From the IMG/VR virus record IMGVR_UViG_3300028888_000052: a stretch of DNA of 64,000 bases; one strand, given 5' to 3'. Under the pieces are notes generated by a model that saw only the letters and a list, made by a program, of their open reading frames with translations, ran no database searches and had not been told where the DNA came from. The translations under genes were made by a program, and so were the position numbers. Shown here in pieces: positions 54,701-63,992 of this stretch; the stretch's first letter is position 1, and each line of letters opens with the position of its first letter. The DNA comes from a virus (taxonomy: Duplodnaviria; Caudoviricetes).

Positions 54701-55411
54701 TATCTACTAATGGTCAAAAAATTATATTCGAAAGCACTATTTTATGAAAGATATAAATGCCGACACTCAATTTGACGAAAATGAATTAACAGATTATCCT
54801 TATTTAGGTATAGGTAGAAAACCAAGACCCGGAAAAATGATATCCGAAGAAGTATTAGAGAAAATAATAGGAGGATAATTTCTATATTAAATAAAATATT
54901 AAGTAATACATGTTAGTAAAAGAATTAATTGAAAAATTAAAAGAGCAAGATCAAGAAGCTCAAATAGTTTTTTGTGATAGAGCTGGGCTTATTAATGATT
55001 TAGTATTTGATAGAATATTTTCAGATGAATTTGAAGGTAGAAGAATTGTACCTTTATTTATAGGTCCAAGATATTTTGAAAAGGAGACACCAGAAATAGA
55101 AACTAAAGATGAAAATAGCGATACTAATTAATCCATTAAAATCATTACAAGCTAATATTATACTTGATCAAACGCCTTTCAAGTATGATATTAGCTCTAT
55201 ATCTGATAATAAACGATTTATCCCATCTGAAGATTTTTTTGGATTTTGTCAAGATTTGTTAGGAGATCAATTTGGTAAAAGAGAGAATTGCTATGTTGTG
55301 TGTCTTGATATAGATAATGAAGATTCACTTATAAATCCGATAAGTTTGGTGTTATCTAATTTTGTAGAAAACATAGATAAAGATTTTAAAGAAAATGAAA
55401 ATAACAGATGA
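51717..55411 (+). other. Block of hypothetical ORFs incl. a predicted lipoprotein (52306-52611, FLSC lipobox) and a QVKEKWG + CxxC protein (53089-53433)
   Basis: Co-directional ORFs; motifs read from the translations. Confidence 0.65.
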
Positions 55412-55979
55412 ATATGTCTTTTTTTATAAAGATTGGTTAAGTAATTATCAAAGAACCAGTTTTGTTGCTAATATAGATGATATTCTTGGTAAGACTGATG
55501 GTTTGATGAAAGAATTGTTTACATCAACTGAACAAGGATTTATGTTTATTAAAGCATTGTATTTTAATGATTTAAAAACTGCATCAAAAATCATTAAGAC
55601 AAATAATCCGGCCGAATGTCGTAAACTTGGCCGTCAAGTTAAAGGATATAATGATGAAGCTTGGGATAAAATTAGATATGACGTATTTTATTATCTTAAC
55701 CTTGAAAAATATAAGCAAGATAGACAATTACAATATCTTTTATTAGATAAGAAATTTGATCATAAAATTTTTGTTGAAGCTTCTCCAATAGATAGGATTT
55801 GGGGTGTAGGTTATGCAGAAGATGATGATAGAATTGAATATCGAGAATTTGATTGGGGTAGGAACTATCTTGGCAAAATCATAACTAATATTAGAAATAG
55901 AATATTACTAAATAAATTAGAGGATCCAAATTGGAATATTTACAATTATTGGGGTAAAGGAGATGAAAGCGATAGGTAA
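55395..55979 (+). CDS. NADAR family protein (YbiA-like)
   Basis: YVFFY..WLSNY, FTSTEQGFM..KA..F.D, P..CRKLGRQVKGY....W, VEASP.DRIWGVG, WGRNYLG. Confidence 0.93.
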   Translation: MKITDEYVFFYKDWLSNYQRTSFVANIDDILGKTDGLMKELFTSTEQGFMFIKALYFNDLKTASKIIKTNNPAECRKLGRQVKGYNDEAWDKIRYDVFYYLNLEKYKQDRQLQYLLLDKKFDHKIFVEASPIDRIWGVGYAEDDDRIEYREFDWGRNYLGKIITNIRNRILLNKLEDPNWNIYNYWGKGDESDR

Positions 55980-56031
55980 TCTTTTATTGATAATTATAAT
56001 AGCAATTTGTATAATTATATTTGCAAGTTAA

Positions 56032-56736
56032 ATGATAGAGTGGAATAAATATTTTGACCATATATACTGTATTCATTATAAACCTCATGTTGAAAGATTT
56101 GATGAATTAAATGAAGAATTAAAAAGGGTTAGAATATTAGATTCAGGTATATTTGAGTATTTCTATAGTGATGTAGATAAGACAAAATATAAAATACCAG
56201 CTAATAAAGTTACAATACATCACAAAAGATGTATTTTAGATGCTTTAAGTAATAAATATGATAGAATATTGATTTTAGAGAATGATATAAGATTCTTGAA
56301 AGATTTATCTATTATGAAAAAATATTTAGAGCAAATACCTAAAGATGCTGATATGGTATGGTTTGATTATATATATGGATATGAATTATCTGAAATTGAT
56401 AGATATAAAAAATTAGATAAAGATTCTCTATATATAAATGTTGGACATGAAAATAGAATATTTTCTGCCGCTTGTTATATGTGTTCTAATCAAATGCAAA
56501 GACATTTGCTTGAATGCTATTCAAGATATCAAACCACCCCGGATTATTTTACTTGGTACAATCCTTTTGCACCTGACCAATTTAGAGATAAATTATTAAA
56601 TAGGTACATTGTAAATAAGAATATTGCTATTCAAAAGGTATTTGATGATAATCTTAGAGCTACATTACATGGAGAAAATAATACATATAAAAGATATACA
56701 TATCAAGGTTTAAATTTGGAAGACTATAATATTTAG
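56032..56736 (+). CDS. Glycosyltransferase family 25-like
   Basis: FDHIYCIH....ER, H...I.DAL..KYDRILILENDI.F, D.DMV, SAACY. Confidence 0.75.
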   Translation: MIEWNKYFDHIYCIHYKPHVERFDELNEELKRVRILDSGIFEYFYSDVDKTKYKIPANKVTIHHKRCILDALSNKYDRILILENDIRFLKDLSIMKKYLEQIPKDADMVWFDYIYGYELSEIDRYKKLDKDSLYINVGHENRIFSAACYMCSNQMQRHLLECYSRYQTTPDYFTWYNPFAPDQFRDKLLNRYIVNKNIAIQKVFDDNLRATLHGENNTYKRYTYQGLNLEDYNI

Positions 56737-56783
56737 TCTTCCATTTATTTTTTAAATGATTTTAACATAAATTTTTTATATAA

Positions 56784-56825
56784 TATTTGAAAAAATAATT
56801 TTTGTTTCTATATTATATATGTAAA
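56784..56825 (+). promoter_or_regulatory. Repeated early promoter driving the micro-ORF string
   Basis: tatttgaa-N16-ctatattatatatgtaa, followed by an A-rich leader and ATG at 56845. Confidence 0.8.
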
Positions 56826-56844
56826 ACAAATAAAAATAAAAACA

Positions 56845-56889
56845 ATGAATAAAAGAAACAAACCCCCGCCCACCCAAATAGATTTATAG
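56845..56889 (+). CDS. Micro-ORF MNKRNKPPPTQIDL
   Basis: First ATG after the promoter, at a typical distance; CCC CCG CCC codons. Confidence 0.5.
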   Translation: MNKRNKPPPTQIDL

Positions 56890-56939
56890 ATAATGATAAT
56901 GAATTTGAATATATTAATGAATCTTAAATAATTTGAAAC

Positions 56940-56966
56940 ATGATAAAATCTAGAGATCGACCCTGA
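56940..56966 (+). CDS. Micro-ORF MIKSRDRP
   Basis: A-rich context; GC-rich codons; ends Pro-stop. Confidence 0.4.
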   Translation: MIKSRDRP

Positions 56967-57009
56967 TTAAGATATATATGATATAAATTGATGATAATTA
57001 TTAGAATAA

Positions 57010-57084
57010 ATGAAAAAAACTAACGAAGGAGATAGAAAATCCGGTGGAAAGTTTTCCAAATATTTGGTTTTAGATCCACCTTAA
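57010..57084 (+). CDS. Micro-ORF MKKTNEGDRKSGGKFSKYLVLDPP
   Basis: Ends Asp-Pro-Pro-stop. Confidence 0.45.
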   Translation: MKKTNEGDRKSGGKFSKYLVLDPP

Positions 57085-57098
57085 TAAAGTCCACAACT

Positions 57099-57122
57099 AT
57101 GGCACGAGCATCCCCCAAATAA
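57099..57122 (+). CDS. Micro-ORF MARASPK
   Basis: GC-rich island in AT-rich DNA; RASP motif. Confidence 0.4.
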   Translation: MARASPK

Positions 57123-57175
57123 AATAAAATATTTTTTAATTCTAAATTGTACTTAAACTATTTTATAAATATAAT

Positions 57176-57403
57176 AAGAGACGAGAATTATGTTGTGAAA
57201 CATACGTCTTTGTATCACCACATTAGACAATATATCCAAGAGTTATATAGATGGCGCTACTAAATACCGGACATTCTCGATTAGCGAAGGCGTTTGCCAT
57301 CAATAATCATTTATGAGATCTGCATGGAGATACGGTCGCAACCAAGTTTAGTTGAGGAATATTAATGGTGATTTTGATGAGGACTCATAAGAGTCCTCTT
57401 TTT
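57176..57403 (+). ncRNA. Putative structured non-coding RNA (~225 nt), family unknown
   Basis: No long ORF, elevated GC, upstream ctattttataaat element, several helices incl. a GNRA-capped stem, own terminator. Confidence 0.65.
57379..57403 (+). terminator. Intrinsic terminator
   Basis: gaggactc-ataa-gagtcctc-ttttt. Confidence 0.9.
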
Positions 57404-57459
57404 GTGTAATTATATCTCTATTTTTACTATTTTAAATTTAATCATTTGAATAATAGTGT

Positions 57460-59334
57460 ATGACATCAGACGTAATTATAAGTAGAGAAATTATTGAAAA
57501 TAACATAAAAGATTGGGTATTCGAAAAAATTAGTGAGAAATTTGAATTTAGACAACACCAATTAGAATGTATTGTTAATATTATTGATAATATCCTTTCT
57601 CATGGTAATCACAATTATGTGGTTGAGGCTCCTACCGGTTCTGGTAAATCTTTAATTAATATAATAGCTGCTGGAGTTTTGGCAGATTATTGGGATATTA
57701 CTTCATATATTCTTGTTTCAGATTTATTTTTATGGGAACAGTATTCTGATTTCTTAGTAAAGCATAAGAAAACAGGAATTGCTATGCTTAAAGGTAAGAT
57801 AGGTAATTATAAGTGTATGCTTAATGGTGAAGATATTACTTTAGCAGATTGTACACTTTCTGGTTTATCTTGGGCCTCTATGTATAATTTAAACACAATC
57901 AAAGAATATGGATATGATTGTGCTCATTCATGTCAATATGTTAAAGCACGTAAAAAAGCAGTTAAGTCTAAAGTTTGTTTAATGACATATCAGTTATTTA
58001 TACAAACATTCAAGATGATTAACCCAGATGATAATAATCCATACCAATTCAAATATCGTGATGTGATATTCTGTGATGAGTGTCATAATATTCCAAGTAT
58101 TGTAGAACAAAGAGTACATGCTCATATTAAAGAAAAAGATCTTAAAACTTTATTGGAAATTTATGATTATGTAAATAATAAAGAATTAGATTTATTTGAA
58201 AATCTTGAAGAGGATCAATCTAGTAAACCATTTATAAATATGACCCGTCAAGATGTTATAAATGAATTTAATGAATGTTGGAAAGTATTAAGTAATCCAG
58301 AATCACGAAAAGATGAAGATATGATATATCGAGAAAGATATGATGTATTGATTCAAAAATTCGTGCCAGTATGTGATGATATTAGAAATAAGATTACTTT
58401 AATGAAGAAATCTAAACAACACTTATCTAAAGAGGATTTGCATATGTTTAGTATTTCTAATTGGTTTTGGGATTATGCCCTTGAATTTGGTGAATATTGT
58501 GGACTTATTTCATTTTGTGGTAAAGAATATCAATTAAAAGAAATTGCTCCTGATAATAGAAAAGAAGAAGGTCCTGTTTGTACTTTTAGATGCCTTAAAG
58601 AAGATTATTTAGTGTATAAATATTTGTTAACAAAAGCTCAATGGAGAGTTATGTTATCTGCTACTATTGGTGGTCATGAGGCATTTGATGAGAATATGGG
58701 ATTTACTTATACAGAAGATCAAAAATCTTTAATGGAAGTTATACCTTCAACTTTTGATTTTACTGAGTCACCAGTTCATTTCTTGAATAAATTCAAAATG
58801 TCATTGAAAGAACGTGATATTTCATTTGGTCATCTCAAGACAGTTATATATTCTATTTGTAATACCAAATTTAAAAATCAAAGAGGAATGATACAAACAG
58901 GATCTTATGATATTGCAAAAAGATTATATGACCAAGCACCATTAGAAATAAAACAAAGAATGTTGGTTTATAATGGGTCAAGAGAAAAGAACACGATGAT
59001 TAAAATTCATCAAATGTCAGATAATACAATATTGGTTGGACCTACATTGAATGAAGGTATTGATTTACCAGGTGATGAATGTAGATTTATTATCATTATG
59101 AAAGTCCCATATCCAAGTCTTGGTGATAGATATGTAAAAGAGAAAATCAAGTTTTATCCCTTATGGTATAATTCAACAACATCTAATGAAATTATCCAAG
59201 GTATTGGTAGAGGAGTAAGATTTGATGGTGATTGGTGTGTCACATATATATTTGATGCTTGTTTCTGGAATTTATATTGTTCCACTAAAGAGCAATATTC
59301 ACAAGAACTCCAAGATAGAATTAACATAATTTAA
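57460..59334 (+). CDS. DinG/XPD-like SF2 helicase
   Basis: Q motif FRQHQ, EAPTGSGKS, KG..NY.C and Cys cluster, DECH, LSAT, EGIDLPGDECRFIII.KVPYP, QGIGRGVR...DW. Confidence 0.9.
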   Translation: MTSDVIISREIIENNIKDWVFEKISEKFEFRQHQLECIVNIIDNILSHGNHNYVVEAPTGSGKSLINIIAAGVLADYWDITSYILVSDLFLWEQYSDFLVKHKKTGIAMLKGKIGNYKCMLNGEDITLADCTLSGLSWASMYNLNTIKEYGYDCAHSCQYVKARKKAVKSKVCLMTYQLFIQTFKMINPDDNNPYQFKYRDVIFCDECHNIPSIVEQRVHAHIKEKDLKTLLEIYDYVNNKELDLFENLEEDQSSKPFINMTRQDVINEFNECWKVLSNPESRKDEDMIYRERYDVLIQKFVPVCDDIRNKITLMKKSKQHLSKEDLHMFSISNWFWDYALEFGEYCGLISFCGKEYQLKEIAPDNRKEEGPVCTFRCLKEDYLVYKYLLTKAQWRVMLSATIGGHEAFDENMGFTYTEDQKSLMEVIPSTFDFTESPVHFLNKFKMSLKERDISFGHLKTVIYSICNTKFKNQRGMIQTGSYDIAKRLYDQAPLEIKQRMLVYNGSREKNTMIKIHQMSDNTILVGPTLNEGIDLPGDECRFIIIMKVPYPSLGDRYVKEKIKFYPLWYNSTTSNEIIQGIGRGVRFDGDWCVTYIFDACFWNLYCSTKEQYSQELQDRINII

Positions 59335-59386
59335 TTAAACATATCAATTTTATATACTATATTAAATTTGTATAAATTAATTTAGT

Positions 59387-60226
59387 ATGGAAAGAACTGG
59401 TAAAATGTTGATTACTCTCAAGAATGGAGAGCAAAAATGGATGACTAAACGTGAATTTAATAATTATAAAAAACGTTTGACATCTCTTAAAAGTTTATAT
59501 GACCAATATGTTGATTATGGTTTTATAAATAATGCTCTATCTATTCAAGAAAAGGTACAAATGGTGGTAGATATGGGTGTTGAACTTATGGGCATTATAG
59601 GTACAACAGCTGATAAGATTACTATTACAGGATATAATTCAGTAAAGTCCCAAGTAAACAGAAATATTACCAAAGAAGATTTTGTCAATATCGTAAAGTT
59701 TGTTTGTACCCACGAAGATGGTGAAGGAGTAGATGATGCTAAATTAACATCTAAGATGCTTAAAGAAATTGATGAGAGTGTTTTTAAAATCAATTTCAAA
59801 CAGGTATTTTATAATCAATTTATAGAATTCAATGACTTTGCTGTAGTAGAAGATCCTAAAGATGTAATATTTCCAAAAATTAAATATTCTACCAATAACA
59901 AGAAATTCAAAGAGATAGTAAAGTCATGTGCTAAGGCTAGAAAATATCTTGATCAAAAACTTTGGCCGCAATATAAAGAATATGCTGCTTTGGCAGAATA
60001 TATTACAGAAGGTGATCTTACTTATGAAAGATACAAGAAATTAGTTGATTATAAGTATTATACCGGTGATGAAGATAAGCGTTTTCAAGGACAAGATAAG
60101 AGATGGGAAAAACTTGTTGAGAATTTCTTGAATGCATACAGGCTTTGTAAGAAATATGGATATAATTATTTTGAACAAGTTGAAAATGAAATTTATAACA
60201 ATCTAGCAGATGATAGTATTGTATAA
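59387..60226 (+). CDS. Hypothetical protein
   Basis: 279-aa ORF. Confidence 0.7.
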   Translation: MERTGKMLITLKNGEQKWMTKREFNNYKKRLTSLKSLYDQYVDYGFINNALSIQEKVQMVVDMGVELMGIIGTTADKITITGYNSVKSQVNRNITKEDFVNIVKFVCTHEDGEGVDDAKLTSKMLKEIDESVFKINFKQVFYNQFIEFNDFAVVEDPKDVIFPKIKYSTNNKKFKEIVKSCAKARKYLDQKLWPQYKEYAALAEYITEGDLTYERYKKLVDYKYYTGDEDKRFQGQDKRWEKLVENFLNAYRLCKKYGYNYFEQVENEIYNNLADDSIV

Positions 60227-60938
60227 TAATGATTGTATAGATATATTAAAGAATATGGTTGGCAGTAATGTAGTTGTTGACCATATTATTTGTGATCTTC
60301 CTTATTTTCAAATTGTCAAAGATGATTTTGATAATCAATGGGATAGTGTTGAAAGTTATGTAGGTTGGTTTAATAGTTTACTTCAATATCTTAAGCAAAT
60401 TATAAAACCAGGTGGTAATATTATTTTATTCTGTTCAAGGCAAAATATGTGGAGAATGTGTAGAATGCTTTATGAAAATGGTTTTGAAGAGAATAGAACA
60501 ATTATATGGGCTCGTAAAAGAGGGTTTAACAATACAAGAGGAAAAGCTTTAGCAAGTGGTTATGAACCGATTTTATTTTGGTCGAAAGGAAAATCATCAA
60601 CATTCAATTCTATTAAAATCAAATCTAATTTAGATAGACCAGAATATAAAACCGGTACTCTTAAAGATGGTATAACATTATCTGATGTTTGGAATGATAT
60701 ACCAGCTCTTCCTCATAATTCTAAAGAAAAGGTAGATCACCCAACACAAAAACCAATTAAACTTATGGAACGTATTGTAACTTTATTTACAAATGAAAGT
60801 GATACTGTTCTTGATTTTTGTATGGGATCAGGTAGTACAGGAGTAGCATGTTTAAATCTTAATCGAAATTTTATAGGAATAGAGAAAGATTTAAAATATT
60901 TCAATATAGCTAAATCAAGACTTAATTATGGATTTTAA
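60210..60938 (+). CDS. DNA methyltransferase, N6A/N4C beta class
   Basis: DLPY (motif IV) N-terminal; HPTQKP..LMER; VLDFCMGSGSTG (motif I). Confidence 0.93.
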   Translation: MIVLYNNDCIDILKNMVGSNVVVDHIICDLPYFQIVKDDFDNQWDSVESYVGWFNSLLQYLKQIIKPGGNIILFCSRQNMWRMCRMLYENGFEENRTIIWARKRGFNNTRGKALASGYEPILFWSKGKSSTFNSIKIKSNLDRPEYKTGTLKDGITLSDVWNDIPALPHNSKEKVDHPTQKPIKLMERIVTLFTNESDTVLDFCMGSGSTGVACLNLNRNFIGIEKDLKYFNIAKSRLNYGF

Positions 60939-61146
60939 TGAAATGAATGAAGATGAATATTTTTATAAAGATTTAGAAGAATATTTTCCGATAGATTTAT
61001 TAACACAAGAAGAAAGAGAACATGCTATTCAATTAAATAAAGAATGTGGATGGTCTCAATCAGTTAAATATATTAAAGAATGTCGTTCTGATTTTGGATT
61101 AAAAAGTTCTAAAATTTATTACGATTTGTATATAAAGGAAAAATAA
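60928..61146 (+). CDS. Small protein with ribosomal L7/L12 CTD-like motif
   Basis: QSVKYIKE...FGLKSSK.YYD resembles xAIKxxRexxGLKEAKxxVD. Confidence 0.4.
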   Translation: MDFNEMNEDEYFYKDLEEYFPIDLLTQEEREHAIQLNKECGWSQSVKYIKECRSDFGLKSSKIYYDLYIKEK

Positions 61147-61147
61147 T

Positions 61148-62173
61148 ATGGGATGGATTAAAAGACTATTTTGTAAACACGAATATGAATTTCTTCGCAA
61201 TATTTATGGTGATGAAATAAATTATTGTGGAGGATATCGTTCTATTTGGCGATGCAAAAAATGTGGAGCATTAGAATATAGAGAAAATTTACAGGTTTTT
61301 CCAATGATGCAAAAACTTGATAAATATTATGATGAATATTATAAAAATAAATATCAAAAATGGCAGAATTTAAGAAGAGATACATTAGATAAAATCACCG
61401 ATGAAATGATAAAAGCCGCTAAACGTGGGGAATGTTGGTATGATGCTATAATTGTTTGTGAAGAAGAATTTGATGATAAATACTATTTTGAAAAATGGCT
61501 AGAAGAAAATAAATTAAAAGTTGAAATTGAACTTTACGATCAAAAAGAAAAAACAGATAAGATTAATAAATATAAATTTCATATTCGTTGGAAATATCAT
61601 TATTAAATATGAAGATAGATCATAATTTACTTTGTTTGATTAATATTATCTTTTTAATATTATGGATGGTTGGTTTAATGGCTTATTATTGTACATTTAA
61701 ACCTGATGTATTAATTACAGATACTTATTTAAGGGAATTATTACTCGTTGGAACAATTCCTCCTATTATTTCCACTATTTACATGTTAATTGATAAAAAT
61801 AAATAATATGGGTAAATCAAAATTTCAAACAGTTTATGGGGTAAGAATTTTCCCTATTGAGTATTTAATAGATGAAGAACTAACTGAATCTGATTTGACT
61901 TGGCTTTTTGATAAAGGTTCTAAAAGTTTACTTTATTCAATCATCCTTGGTATGTTCAAAGTTATAGGAACAACTAAAAGAAATTATCAAATTATCAAGA
62001 TGATTCAATCTGATGATAAATGGTATGAGAAGTTTAATTGGTCTAAAGAGCAATTTGAAACGTATGAAGAAAAAGTAGCTTTGGCAATAAAAAATCTTTA
62101 CCAATATAGTTTAGAAGAATCTAGAATAATGGCTCAAAATATTATGTCTAACTATTCAATAACTGTAAAATGA
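61148..62173 (+). other. Three hypothetical ORFs (CxH/CxxC protein, membrane peptide, unknown)
   Basis: ORF track; RLFCKHEY...CKKCG motif in the first. Confidence 0.65.
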
Positions 62174-62979
62174 ATTTAACAAATATTCCTATTAAAGTTC
62201 AAGAATGTCTTGGGTATTATGTATATGGTTTGAAAGACCCAAGAACTAATGAATATTTTTATATTGGTAAAGGAAAAGGTAATAGAATATTACAACATCG
62301 TCAAGAAGCTTTAAATACTGATCATACAAATGATAAATGTGAAATCATAAGAGATATTATAAATAATGGATTGGAGCCCGAGCTTGTTATTTTACGTCAT
62401 AATATCAAGACAGAATCAGAAGCTTATGAGATGGAATCTCTTTGTATCAATCTGTATAATGATATTTGCAAATCAACTCAGCTATCTAATGCTGTAAGTG
62501 GTTGGCACCAAGATGATTTTGGAATACAATCATTGGAAGACATTATTTTAAAATATGATTGTCCTAATGTAGAATTTCCACCAAATGACCCTAACCAATA
62601 TGTTTGTTTGAATGCAAATCATTCATATGTGATTGCTTCTAAAAATCACAGAGATATTTATAGATATATAAAAGAATATTGGATATTGAATTTGAAGAAG
62701 GTTCAAACAATAGATTATGTATTAGTAATATATAAAGGCATAATTCGTAATGTATATAAACCCACATGTTGGTATGAAGCCGTCAAGCCATCTGATTATT
62801 ATAAGACGGCTTCTGGAAAAATGATACCAAAATTAGGGTTTGATGGTATTGAGGTAAAAGACTCACCTCTATTAAATACTAATATAGAGCATTTAGTAAC
62901 ATTCAACCAACGTGGTGCAGTATACTATAATTACGAAAAAGGAAAGAAAATTAAAAAATCAAAATTAAATATAATTTAG
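62170..62979 (+). CDS. LEM-3-like GIY-YIG nuclease
   Basis: LGYYVYGLKDPRTNEYFYIGKGKGNRILQH, EAYEME..I, LSNAVSG.H. Confidence 0.88.
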   Translation: MNLTNIPIKVQECLGYYVYGLKDPRTNEYFYIGKGKGNRILQHRQEALNTDHTNDKCEIIRDIINNGLEPELVILRHNIKTESEAYEMESLCINLYNDICKSTQLSNAVSGWHQDDFGIQSLEDIILKYDCPNVEFPPNDPNQYVCLNANHSYVIASKNHRDIYRYIKEYWILNLKKVQTIDYVLVIYKGIIRNVYKPTCWYEAVKPSDYYKTASGKMIPKLGFDGIEVKDSPLLNTNIEHLVTFNQRGAVYYNYEKGKKIKKSKLNII

Positions 62980-63031
62980 TCTATTCACATTTCTATATTA
63001 TATATAATTCACAAATATATAGTGTAGAAAT

Positions 63032-63670
63032 GTGAAATATTTTGTAGGTATTGATCCATCTATTAATAGTACTGGTATTTGTATTATGAAATATGATGGA
63101 GATGTTAAAGTTAGAGAAGATTTTATTATATTGAAGCCATATAATAAAGAAAAATCTGAAGACAAACAATTAACTAAGAAAGAAAAAATTGCAAATGAAG
63201 ATTTATCTATAAACTTTGAATATATGTTTTATGATCATGAGGATTATTTAAAGTATGAAGATAACTTATTTGCAGAATATTGGAAAACTTCTAATATGGT
63301 AAACTTAGTTACTAAGGTTAAAGAGATAGTAGCTGATTTTACAAAAGATAATAGAGAATCTTTAAATATATTGATAGAAGGTATTAGTTATGGATCTAAG
63401 AACAGAACTAAATCTATCTTTGATTTAGCAGGACTTAATTATATGGTTCGTAATTATTTTATCAATAGAGATTGGTGCAATTTTTGGATAGCAACTCCAA
63501 CTTCAATCAAGAAATTTGCAACTGGTAATGGTTTAGCTAAAAAGGAATTAATGTATAGCATATTTGAGAAGACTCACCCAGAATATATGATTATTCCTAA
63601 GATTGATGATATAGCTGATGCATGGCACATGGCATTATATGTTAAAAAAATTGAGGAGCAATATTCCTGA
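63032..63670 (+). CDS. RuvC-like Holliday junction resolvase
   Basis: GIDPSINSTG, ILIEGISYGS, PTSIKKFATGNG.AKKE.M, DDIADA. Confidence 0.85.
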   Translation: MKYFVGIDPSINSTGICIMKYDGDVKVREDFIILKPYNKEKSEDKQLTKKEKIANEDLSINFEYMFYDHEDYLKYEDNLFAEYWKTSNMVNLVTKVKEIVADFTKDNRESLNILIEGISYGSKNRTKSIFDLAGLNYMVRNYFINRDWCNFWIATPTSIKKFATGNGLAKKELMYSIFEKTHPEYMIIPKIDDIADAWHMALYVKKIEEQYS

Positions 63671-63722
63671 ATGCCCAAGGTTTAACAAATGTTAAAGGAA
63701 TATAAATTCTATTATAAAACAA

Positions 63723-63750
63723 AAAAGGAAGCACCTGTGTGCTTCCTTTT
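63723..63750. terminator. Bidirectional intrinsic terminator
   Basis: aaaaggaagcac-ctgt-gtgcttcctttt between convergent genes. Confidence 0.85.
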
Positions 63751-63770
63751 ACTTATTTGAATAATTAAAC

Positions 63771-63992
63771 TTATTTTGTATCTTGTTTTTCAAGAATTGC
63801 AAGATCTTTAGCTACTTTATTAAGAAGAGCAATTTTTACAGGATCATTCTTGTAAGCTTCAGCTAATTGAGCGATCTTCTTCTTACGAACATCATATTGA
63901 GCTTCTTTGTTAGCTTCAAGTTGTTCACGAATTTCTTTAGCTTCAGGTGTTTCCATTTTCTTGCAATCTTCGTTGATTCTTTCTTCAAACAT
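63771..63992 (-). CDS. Hypothetical protein (may extend beyond the window)
   Basis: Charged helical ORF ending at the terminator. Confidence 0.6.
   Translation of the reverse strand: MFEERINEDCKKMETPEAKEIREQLEANKEAQYDVRKKKIAQLAEAYKNDPVKIALLNKVAKDLAILEKQDTK

Noticed and set aside
57230-57345. SAM-I riboswitch, tmRNA or RNase P identity for the ncRNA
   Set aside because: Only fragments (atccaagag, gcaacc) match; core spacing, tRNA-like ends and the GAGGAAAGUCC motif are absent
62170-62979. Intron-encoded homing endonuclease
   Set aside because: LEM-3-like type, translationally coupled to its neighbour; no interrupted gene or intron structure evident
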